The position numbers and the translations under genes are program-made. Positions 26,475 to 37,569 of a DNA stretch of 60,331 bases are shown here, in pieces; within the stretch, counting starts at the first letter, position 1; every line of letters starts with the position of its first letter. The notes under the pieces are model-generated. The model was not told where the DNA came from. It made no database searches and saw nothing but the letters and a program-made list of their open reading frames with translations. The stretch lies in the NCBI GenBank assembly GCA_040357565.1, contig JBDODJ010000068.1; one strand, 5' to 3'. Source of the DNA: Cercozoa sp. M6MM. Lineage: Eukaryota; Protista; Endomyxa: Ascetosporea.

Positions 26475-27294
26475 CTAGGCCTGCTTCTTCTCGGCAGCAC
26501 GGCGGTAGATCATGGCAGTGAACGGCTCCTCGAACAGCAGCGCCACCTGTATCCAGGGAGGGGTAAAGCGGATAGATAGGAGTACAACAGGACAGCCTAC
26601 GCGGTAGACGAGGTAGACACAGGCGGTGAGGAAGACTCCAACGACAGAGTCGTAGAAGAGCGCCATGCCCAGGAAGGTGAGCGACGAGCCGACGTACATC
26701 GGGTTGTCCAGCACGTTGAACGGGAAGCCCGTGACACGCGACTGCATGAGGATGCCGCAGTAGTCGCCCAGGAAGGTGCCCGTGATGCCGAGTCGCGCGA
26801 ACGACGAGATCACGAAGAGCTGGCCCAGGCCCATGAGTGCATACGCCAGGTAGCTGCGCTGCTCCTCAGTCAGCGGCAGCTGCAGTGTCACGTCGCTCTG
26901 TGCCAGGATGGCCTCCTTCACCTGCGCGCACACATATATATGAAGCCACATAGGGACAGTTTAGTTAAGGAAGCGACGCTTCAATACCACAAAGTCGCGG
27001 AAACTGCTGGTGGTAAAGATCCACGCCGCCAGCAGGTAGCACACCACGTAGCGCGAGTCGATCGCGCCGCCGCAGCCCAGCACCGTGCGTGCCAACTGCA
27101 CAAACAACGCTCCGTGTCCGTGCCAAGGGGAGTCCACACACAGCACCGGGTACCTTGGTGTAGTACTCGAAGCGCGCCAGGATGTTCCACACGAGCGGGC
27201 AGGCCACGATGAGCACGAGAGCCAGTCGCAGCGACGGCTCGCTAAAGTCCACATCGTGCTGCAATGCTCCGACGATTCCGTTGAGTGTCTGCAT
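26475..27294 (-). CDS. PEMT: Phosphatidyl-N-methylethanolamine N-methyltransferase (PEMT/OPI3)
   Basis: PLVWNILARFEY, LGITGTFLGDYCGILM..RVTGFPFNVLDNPMYVGS and VALLFEEPFTAMIY; three GT-AG introns. Confidence 0.95.
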
Positions 27295-27620
27295 CCTCAC
27301 ACTTGCTATCAATAACAACACTACTCGTACGAGTCGTCGCTGGCGCTGCGCAAATCGCGTCTAAACCTATCGGCTCAGGCGAAAGTCTGTCGAATCACAG
27401 AGCCGGTGCATTTCTTAGTGTTTGGACCCACTGCAACAACGCCGCATTTCTCAACAGAGCCCGCATTTCGTAGTGCAGTTTCACTGGGTAAACTGTGCTG
27501 CACTTCTGAGTCGCATTGCGAACTTTCCATGTGACTGTTGTGTTTCCGTTTTTTGCTTCTATTTTAGTTGGCCTGTGATGCTGTGATTAGAATACAGCAC
27601 ACGCACACACCAGACACATC

Positions 27621-28060
27621 ATGTCGATCCACCAAGTCACGTCGGACGAGGAGTTTGAGCAGAAGACGGCCTCGGGCCTTGTTGTCGTCGATTTCTGTGC
27701 GTTTCTCCAAGACCCCGTTTTTGTGTCTGATCGCTTTTTTTGACCTGATCTGTGACCTGAATTGACCAATGTGGATTTGCGCTGTGGATTTGCGCTGGTT
27801 TTATCGCTTAACACTGTGCAGTCGCGACGTGGTGCGGCCCGTGCAAGCGCGTGGCGCCGGCTCTGAAGCGTTTCGCTGCCGAGTACGAGGGCCGCGTGAG
27901 CTTCCTCAAGGTTGATGTCGACGAGATGCCCGAGGTCACCGAGGAGAACGAGATCACGGCCATGCCAACCTTTGTGTTCTTTAAGGACGGCAGCGAGGTC
28001 GCTCGCGTCATGGGCGCCGCCGCCGAAAAGATCAAGGCCAAGATCGATCAGCTCCTGTAA
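27621..28060 (+). CDS. TRX: Thioredoxin (2 exons: 27621-27696 and 27822-28060)
   Basis: Splicing the GT-AG intron 27697-27821 gives VVVDFFATWCGPCK..KVDVDE..ITAMPTFVFFKDG. Confidence 0.97.
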
Positions 28061-28832
28061 AATTGTTGTTGTCGTCAGGGTTTAAATTTTAAACTAGTCG
28101 AGTAAACGTTGATTGAAGCGTATGAAAGCTGGGCGTGGCATAGCCACGTGGGAGGTCATCATCGCGCCCTGAAGCAGGCGCTCAGACATGAGTTTTCACG
28201 TCATCGCTTGCGCAAACCAACGTGCACCTTTCCAGAAGAAAAAGAAAGCACGTCTTCTGCACAAGCTCGGCGATCAATTGTAGTGTTTCGTGTGTTTGTG
28301 CTTCTCGTCATGCGCGCCATTTCGCGTTGGAGTGCCTCAGCAAAGCTTCCAGTTTTGCGACAAAAGACGAAAACCCTCCCAAACCGCTCATGCGTTGTGC
28401 TCTCGCAGCAAATCTGCCCGCAGCAGCATTGCACTCGGCCACTGCGGTCTTAATCTATGCCGCTTGGGAGAAAATACGAAAACGCACGAAAACGATGTAA
28501 GAGAAACGCCACAAATGCCACAAAACCGAAAACTCTGCCAAAAAACACTGTACGACCGCCAAAGCAGCCAAACCGGCCATGGCACTTGGGCACAGATTGA
28601 CCGACTCGCTTTGGCCTGGTCGCGGCACTCCAACGACGTGCACAGCAAAAAACACAAACACAGCAAAGTCTGGATTTGGGGAAAAAATAAAACACCCAGA
28701 AAGCGCCAATACAGTGGTGTTGAAGTCGNNNNNNNNNNNNNNNNNNNNNNNNNNNNNNNNNNNNNNNNNNNNNNNNNNNNNNNNNNNNNNNNNNNNNNNN
28801 NNNNNNNNNNNNNNNNNNNNNNNNNNNNATAC

Positions 28833-29345
28833 CTCGCCGAGGCAGCATGGCGAAAATCTCCTCGCGCATGTCGCCGCCGAACTTGCGCTGCTCCTGCTGC
28901 AGACGACGTCGCAACTGCGGAACTGTTCGAGCCACCTGGGGGGGGGGGGGGGTAAGAGGGATAAAGGCAGGCAGGGGGGTAGACACCTTGAGCAGCAGGA
29001 ACAGCACGGTTTTCTTGAGTCCGTGTCGACGCACGCGCCCACTCAGTTTCGTCACGGCGTACACTGCCGCCAGGGCCAGAATCTGCCCATAAAGACCGCT
29101 CCAAATGTCCGGTCCTAATGCCCAGACAAGTCCCTACCGTCGTACGGGCCACCTGCCATGGCTCGCCTCCCCATCGCGTCAGAAACTTGTTCAACGCGTG
29201 GCGTCGTACCTACATAGCAAAATACTACCGTCCGCGCGGAAGCACATCCACGTGATTCACGAAACGCTGTCGGTTTGATCTCTTGCATTCGCCAATGATC
29301 ACAAATACGTACCAGGTTGGGCACCGCCTCTACCACCATCTTCAT
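28833..29345 (-). CDS. SGPL1: Probable sphingosine-1-phosphate lyase, N-terminal exons only (the rest is lost in or beyond the gap)
   Basis: Spliced N-terminus ..GGEPWQVARTTILALAAVYAV..FLLLKVARTVPQLRRRLQQEQRKFGGDMREE resembles the SPL membrane anchor and the helix after it. The catalytic PLP domain is not visible. Confidence 0.5.
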
Positions 29346-29892
29346 CTTCGTTTTTGCAGTCCTAACACGTGTCTGCACCACTCGTTTGTGCAAGTCACTG
29401 TGGCTTGCTTTTAAACATATCGGCTCAAGAAATCAGGCTCATTCACGTTATCGGCTCGAGTGGTGGTTGCATCCGCTGTTTTAACATGCCCTAGTGCTCT
29501 GAGCAGTTGCTAGAAGTGTCTTATGCCAACAGGAGGTTTCTCGGGATCGATAGTTCAGGTCAATCAGGGATGTTTTTGGTTTGCTGGGTGGCACGTGCCA
29601 ACCCGAGGCGCCGCGTGATCTGCACGTGTGAGCCGCTCCACAGTCCGAAAGCCGAATTTTTCGCGCGTGGTGACGAAACCTGTTTTCCTTCGGTTTATTG
29701 CCACCAAACGCGGTTCATTACGTCGGCGCTGACGAAAGCGAGACAGTGAGCGTATCCGCGCGGAAGTGAAGCGGTCAACTCGGGCGGCCCTCCAGTCCAC
29801 CCCAGGTCGGCCTCGGACGTCACGTGGCGCTGACTTTGTGATTTTGGTTTTGACATCACGTGACTTCAGACACGCGGGTTTTTGTCGGAACG

Positions 29893-31329
29893 ATGTCGGA
29901 ACAACTGCGTGAATTTGCACTCATGGCCCAGCAGCAGTGCAATGCATTAATTGACACGATTCAGGTACCTCGACTCAGATTTTGTGTTTTTTTAATTCTG
30001 TCTCAAGTGTCAACTTGTACACCCAAATTCTCAGGGCATCAAGTCGCTCCCGCAGGCACAACAAGGCAGCGTGCTACAGAGCACCTTCGTAAAGCTAGAG
30101 CAACTCCGGAAGCAGTGTGGGTTTTGTTTTTTCCAGCCAAGAGCTGACTTGGGAATTTCCTTTTTGTGGCAGTGCAAGAAGGCACGTTACAGTTCGCGAA
30201 TTTGTGCGACCAGCGTGCCGTTGCCGCACTGCGATCGGCAGGAGAAACGTCGCCGCCAGTGATTGATAATGACATTGGTCTGCGACTGCACTGCGTGCTG
30301 CTGTTGCTGAATGATCGGTGCTGGAGACTGCGCTGTGTCACAGCACAACAGGTCACTCCCAACGGTTTAACTCCTTTGACTGGTGAGTTGGACTCTCTTT
30401 GTTTCGATTGGGTGCCAGCTGTTTAATTTTTGTGTGCTTAGAGGAATCAGTGAAATGTGGCATGTGTGGCGCCGTGGTGCTAGAGCCGATCATTCTGCCA
30501 TGTGGTCACCCAGCGTGCCGACTGTGCTACCATGTGGCCATCCAGAATGCTGGCACAATGTGTGTCAAGCAATGGTGCACTCTCACTCGCACGCAACTGC
30601 TGCAAGCACACGTTGTGCGAGCCCAAACACAGTCGGCACTGCTACACGGGTCGCTGTGGCACTTTGTGCAGCAGCACTTTGCAGCTGAAGGTATCACTTT
30701 ATTTTTTGTATTTTCAAAACTGATCAAACTCTTATTTTCGCTTTGACCTAAATTTAGTGCTGAGACGCCGCTCACTTCGAATGGCACTACTGGACATGTC
30801 AAATTTGGGCACACTGGTCAGCTCGCCAATCCCAATGCCTGCTGACGCACCAAACAATCCAACTGACCTGACCGGCGATCAAAATCCACACCTGCCAACA
30901 CAGGTGGCCCAACCTGCCAACACAGCCCAGATGCGGCTACGACAGCCCGTGCGGGTGTCCAGCAAACCATCGAAACTAACAAAGGTACACACGTTGCTGC
31001 TGTGAGTGTTTTGGTTTTTTACCGCACCTTTAATCAAATTATTATATTGTTATCGTTTCTCCTGACAAGCAGAAAGGCACACCGTCGCAAGCAGGTCGAG
31101 TGGCACGCTGTTCGATGGCGTGCCAGCGCTGCCACTCGGCGAAAGTTCAGTGCAGTGGTCGCATTCCTGGCGATGACACTCCGTACTTCTGTTCTCCGGT
31201 GGTCAGTTTGCGAAACTGTGCGTTTGTTTCTGTGCTTCTCGCAGGTGCAAACGTTGCGCCGATCGTGGTCTGCCGTGCGTTTCTCGACCACACAGGAAAA
31301 AGGGCCGTCCAACAACCAAAAGTGATTAA
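29893..31329 (+). CDS. C3HC4 RING finger + C-terminal Zn(II)2Cys6 (GAL4-type) cluster protein
   Basis: RING: CGMC-x11-CGHPACRLC-x11-CVKQWC (~30456-30578). Zn cluster after splicing 31183-31244: CQRC-HSAKVQ-C-SGRIPGDDTP-CKRC-ADRGLP-C-VSRPHRKKGRP. Confidence 0.8.
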
Positions 31330-31676
31330 CCGAAGGCCGGCGTGTCCTCTACTGTCCGGGAACTGGACTGGTGTGACGGACGGTGACGTTTAGTTCAGTT
31401 TTGATTTGAATTCAATAGTTATGAATCTCCAGTGCATACTTGACCGCACTCATATACCTGCACACAGCAACACCGGCGAACGAATCAAAACAACTAAAAA
31501 CAACTGAACAGTGGTTTCGACTCATCGATTCATATTTCGGCTCATCCTGACCGCAAGTCCATGGAGACTTCTTAGATGTACCAAGCACTTGCTTGGTGTC
31601 GAATTAACGAGTACAACACGAGAGTAAGTACACAACAGCGAAAACTAAACGCAGACTGAGAAAGTGTTTCGGCAAA

Positions 31677-34182
31677 TCATGCGAGCAAGGCAGCAACCAG
31701 GCGATCGAAGGTTTCGCTCGTGCCGGCAGCGACACCTGCCACAAGGGGGGGGGGTAAAGAGGGGGGAGGGTAAAGAGAGGGGTAAGGTGGAAGAAACTAC
31801 CCAGGGTGATGTCAAAAGAGCCGCGTTCCACCGGCGTGTCCATCACCGAGATCAGACTGAGTGGGAAGCTGCCTTGCGTCTAACAGAGAAAACAACAAAT
31901 ACAAAAGACAACAACAACAACACGACAACAAAACAAGCAAAAAACAACAACAACAAAAAAACAACAACAAAAACAACAAAAAAACAACAACAACAAAAAA
32001 CAACAACAACAAAACAACAAACCTCGACCAGCGGCGGAAAGCCGGCGAACACAATCGACGGCGACTCGAAGCCAAAGTGGTACGACTCGGCATTGTACAG
32101 GTCGAAGCGCACCCAGTTGGTGGCGCCAGCCACGCCCGTGTCCACCTGCGCGAACATGCATCCGCCCGGAAGGTCACAACAGTGGTCACAACAGTGGTCA
32201 CAACAACAAGAAACGCTACAGTCAACCGGTCGTACGGAGTCGACACCGTCTCCAGCGGGCGCTGCAAAAAACGAAATTCCACGCAAAAACACGCGAAAAA
32301 AGAAAAGCAACGTCGTGTTTCGCCTGCGCCAGTCGTGCCAGCACCGTGTGAATTTCGTCCTGTCCACACGCCAGAACCAAGATAGAGTCACCACACACAG
32401 TCACCACACATGTGCACCCTACCTTGGTGTAATTCGTCACACTACGACGCACAGCAAGTGCACACAACGCGAACGCTTCCTTAAGTTTCTCGTCCTGGTC
32501 CAAAGCCTCCATGCTGCAACACAGAAGTATCGCAGCGTGTCCTAGACACACACTAAGCCAATAGAGAGACCTACGACACAGTGGTGTTGGCGTTAGCCAT
32601 GGCTGAACCGTTTCCAAAGTACTGCAGTTTTCGCAACACATAAAAATACCAAAAATGAGAACAGACTCTCCAAATTAACAAATAGACTGAAGAAACGACT
32701 CACATTGGACGGAATGTCGCTGCCAAGTCTGTGTGCCGGTCGCCAGTCAGCAGCCACGGCACACGCCACCGGCAGGTCACTGAGCGCACATTATTTTGCA
32801 ACTGAAAATACAGAAAATAAAAAGATTATACCCCTGGCGACCTTCACTGCGAGCGAGGGCACTGCAGAGCCACGCGAGCGCAGTTACGACGTCGTTGCCC
32901 GAGAGACGTTCCTGACACACATAGCGACTTGCAAAAAATACCAGAAAGAAATACCGAAGAATAAAAGAAACCGGGCGCATGTCAGGATGAGCATCGCAAA
33001 AGTCAAACACATGTTGCTTGAGATGTGCCACTTGCGCCTTGGACAGTCGAATGGCGCGTGTCACTGGTGGTTTTGCCTATTCAATCGATAGCAGCTGCCA
33101 TTTCCGAGTCGAACAAATACAAAAAAAAGTCAGTTGTACCGGGAAGACAAAGGGCCGCACTTGTCCCGGTTCCAAAAACGAGAAAGCTCCGTCGCCAACA
33201 GGACCATAGCTCGTGGATTTGCCCTTGTCTGAGCGGGAAGAAAATGAGCCCACAGAAATGAGCCGGATTGTTAAAAGTAGTACCGCCGTAGTCGAAACGA
33301 AAGTCGAGTGTGCACGGCACGTGTTCGTTCTTGCCGTCACGCAGGTTAGCCGACCAGGTTCGGGCCAAACTAAGAGGAACGCGCTATTAAAAAAATCGGA
33401 AAAGTTATTGAGTAAAAAGTACAGAGCAACGGAGAAGCCGTCGGCGAGTGCATGTGACGCTGCCAACGTGATGACATAACCGTCGGCAAGTTGAGTCAAC
33501 TGAGACGCAAAACCATGAGTCAGTCAGATCACTCAACAGTGCACATATGCAGTTTATGATTCACTAGATTACCTGCGCCATGAGAGAAACGCTGATGTCG
33601 GACACGGGCATGACACCCACCGGCACGGACGGAAAACCGCCCTGTTTCACCTGTGACACTGTGACATGCGAGGCACGTGCCACGGCAAAACGGAAACGCG
33701 GCGACTCGTCCGCGCGGAGCTGCCAGACCTGCCGAGCCTCGTCCAGACTAAGCACATCGGAAAATAGCCAAGTCAACGTTGTTTCAGTTTGATAAAAGGA
33801 GTGGAAAATACTGCAGCACGCGACGGAACGACGGAAACGACTGCACAACGGTTTTCTTGAGTGCCGAACGAAGTCGATCGCCCAGTTGCTCCACGTCTAA
33901 GAGCCCATGCCATTTTGACACCACCACTCATACACTGGCACAGACACAGGTCATGATACCCAGGTCACTTTGCGCCTCAAGCACAAAGCACATGTTCGCA
34001 AAAAACGGCGGCAGGAAGTTGTCCACGTAGTTCAAGTCACTTTAAAACAGCAAGAACATTTTTTCGCATCCGCGCAGACAGACAGGAATCAGTTCGCATC
34101 AGTACATGAACTCTGGGTGGCCATCCTCTGCGCGCGGAAGCGGCTCAAGCACGTTCGACAGAATCTCCAACTTCGGTGTCAT
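31677..34182 (-). CDS. CoA-dependent acyltransferase (BAHD/transferase-like)
   Basis: Catalytic HxxxD motif (LTQLADGYVITLAASHALADG) and a DFGWG-like segment (TNWVRFDLYNAESYHFGFESP); N-terminal DLNYVDNFLPP. Confidence 0.75.
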
Positions 34183-34445
34183 AATTGTCTACGTACACAC
34201 GCACACACACAATCCTGTGCGCTTCAGTTGGATACAACATTGAACGTTTAATTTCAGGTCTTTTGGTTGATAAAAACGGCGCTCACTGATCATTGCGTGC
34301 AGGCGTTCCTCCGCCAGTGCTGGTGCGTGTTGACGTTCTTTTTTGCACGCCAGGTGGATTTAGCGCGACGACGGGTCGTGTTTTCCAAGCATTCTGTAGC
34401 CGCACTGGAGGTCCGTCCAACCACGCGATCGCGGCATCGGATCGA

Positions 34446-37216
34446 ATGCTAGACGTGCTGGAGGATGATGAGGTGCGTGTCAAAGTTGGTGAAAGCGCGG
34501 CAGCATTTTGCTGTGTTTTTGCAAAATCACGTGATTTTGTTTTTACTTTCGAGTTATAGCTTTTTGACGAGAGCGAAAGCGTCGATGAGGAGGAGCACGA
34601 GTCGAGGGAAGCACTGGAGATGCCGGTGGCGCCGACACTGCCGCGAGGTGGGCGACGCGAGCGACGGTGCTCGTTTCCGCCAACCAAGGAGGACGAGTAC
34701 GAGATGAGTATTCTCATGCTGCAGCGACAACTCGCGCAGGCAGCGGAACTCGGCTCGCAGCTCTGCCGAGAATACACGGCGCTTCAAGAGCGCGTCACGG
34801 TAGTTTGCTACGACTTTACCCCTCTGTCATCTTACTCCCTTACCCTTCCCCCGGTGCTTAGGTGAACGAACACAGCGTGAAAACCGAGTTGGAACACTCG
34901 CGACGTCGCTTTCACGACCTGGCCTTGTTCCTGCTGGAGGAATTCAGCGTCGATGTCGACTTTGAGGCCATGCGCGACGACGACTCTGGCGAACACACCG
35001 TCGCGCAGCTGCGTGCCAGCATGGGTAGTCTACTTTACCCCCATCCTATCCCTACCCACATCCCCTGCCCCACAGCCAAGCAGAGGAGGCGACACGAACA
35101 GCGACTTGCCGAAGCTTGTGCTGAGTTGCGCAATGACGCCGCCGATGCGCGCGCGCAGGCCGATGCCGCCAGCACGCGTGCTGCCGAAGCACAGGTACAT
35201 GGCTTTCCAAAACTTGACTTTTTACTTATTACTTCTGGTGGAGCACTTTTCTTGTTTGCAGGAGCAACTGCTTGCCCAGCAGCAGCGAGCAAACGATTTG
35301 AACGCGCGACTGGAAGAAGCACTCCGCGCGCATGCTTCGGTGCGTTTGTTCTTAACTAAGGAAAATACGAACAAGAAAAATACGAACCAACAACTTTTGC
35401 GCAGGCGCAGTTTCAGATGCGACAGTTAACGCGTGACAAAGAGGACTACGCGCAGCGATGCGAGCACCTTGAGCGATCGCTGAAATCTGCGTACTTTCGC
35501 TTTTGCTTCGTTTCGAAGTTTCGCTTTGTTTTTTCTATTTTCGTTTTGCTGTGTCTGTGTTGGAAAGTTTGTGCTTTGAAAGCTTGACTGTTGAAAGCTC
35601 CGGTTTGAGAGCAGGATGTCGGCGTCGGCGAGGCACGAGAAAGCACTCGCCGCGGCGCGACGACAGGCGGCGAGTCTCACGAGCGAGCTGCACGAGCAGC
35701 GTGCCAGGCATCTGGAGACACTGGAGAAACGCGTGATCGAGGAAGCTGCTGCACCGTCGCTAGCATCAGTCACACCGTCATCTTCTGCTGTTTCACTTTC
35801 GACGGAGGACGTTTCGCACGCCGGTCAAACCGTCAGTTCGTTTCCGATTGAGGTGAAATGGCTTCTTCACATCGTTTGTTTCGACGCTTTTGGATGTTTA
35901 TCTTTCGTAGGAAGTGGAAGAGTTGCGTGCGCAAACGAGTGCACTCGTGGAAGCGCAGACACGAGCACATGAGAGTATCTCTTCTTTTTTCTTTGAGTTG
36001 CTTGATTACATTCTCTGCCTGCTTCAGGCACGACGAGTGATTTTAGGCGACTGCAGAAGGAAGTGTTGTCGCTAAGTGACATGCTCAGTCAGGTAACGCT
36101 GGATTTGTTCGACTTTGCTCTGTGAAACAAAAACTGAACTCAAAAACAAAAACTTGCTTTTCTGCAGGTTCAGACAGTCGTTCTCGAGCAGCAAGCTCGC
36201 GAACAGCAACGCGAGCAAGAGCGTCGTGAGCAAGAACAACGTGCTCTGCAGGTACCTTTGGAGTGCTTATACCAGTTTTCTTTGTTTTGCTGCCTAAAAT
36301 CGACATATGGTCATTTTGCTCTCGTCCGCGCGGACACTTTTTATTTGGTGAAATTTCTAGCAACGACTCGAAGCAGAACGAGCCGCGGAAGAGCAGCGCC
36401 TCGCCGATGAAAAACGGTGTGTGTGTGTGTCTGTGTGTCTGTGTGTCTGTATGTGTCTCTGTGTTTCAACGTTCATGAACTTTACAAGTAGGCGTCGGGA
36501 AGCTGAAGAGTCAAAGAAACGCAGCAGCATGGACGACATGCTTTCGCGCATGCAGAGTGCGTGCTTGGCTAGTCTTCCGTCACCTTCTTCAGGGTTTTCT
36601 GAGTTTAGCTTTTGGTTGTTTAGGTGGACTGACTCGCGTGGCCGAGCAGCGAATGAAGAGCTCTCGTCGCATGTCTTCAGCTTCCTCGGCGCACACGCAG
36701 TCTTCACACCCTGTTCGTGTCCCCTTTGCCCTTTAATTGCTTTGCTTTTTTGCGATGTTTGTTTCACAGGCCTCGACAGACGACGCGTTGGCCGCGATCG
36801 TGCAGGCTCCAGACGAGTTGGACGCGTCGCCGCGACTGACGGCGCTGTCGGCCGCCACTCATGCGAGCGCTTCGTCCGCCGACACCAGCGAGGCTGGCGC
36901 ACTCGATGTCAATGCTGCTGCTGCCGTGTTTGCTCGCCATCGCAGTCGAAGCAGGGTATTTTATTTGGCACTTTTTTCTGTTTATTCATCTCGCTTCGCA
37001 GACCTCTGCTGGCGCCTCCGTCCGCGTTCCTGTTGGCAAGCAACGTCGTGTCACTGCCACTGGGTACTTTTGTTTCCTCCGATAACCTGATTTAAACTCG
37101 TTTCTTCCTTTCTCCAACGCAGAGCGTCACGTGCGGTGCGACGTACTAAACCCAAACCCAAACCCGCGAAAAAGCCCAAAGACGGCAACGCTGGCATCAT
37201 GTCCTACTTCTGGTGA
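34446..37216 (+). CDS. Long coiled-coil protein with a CC1-box-like motif (BICD/HAP1/Spindly-type)
   Basis: LQRQLAQAAELGSQLCREYTAL at ~34720-34785, followed by many heptad-rich exons; ends GNAGIMSYFW-TGA. Confidence 0.6.
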
Positions 37217-37569
37217 TACGAGCCCACTACGCTACGACTTTGCCCACCGCGTCTGATTGATTGTTCCTCTCTTTCTCGTGTTTCTGTGCGCGCGGATAGT
37301 ACACCTGGCCTCTGCATTGTTCTGCATGTGCCATGTACGCCTGACGAATGCAAATATCGCCATGCCGCTCATTTGATTTATTCAATTTGTTTCTTCCGCT
37401 TTCGTTTCAGTTCGCATTTCGATTCTCGCTATTAACCGGCATGCGATTGCGTTGGACTCAGTGAGTGCGAATTCGGACTTTCTTACAACTGAAGACCAAA
37501 ACGTCAATTTTGTCATTCAGGCGGAAGCTGAGAACTGCGCAGTCCGGTTAAGTGGATCTGCAACCGACA

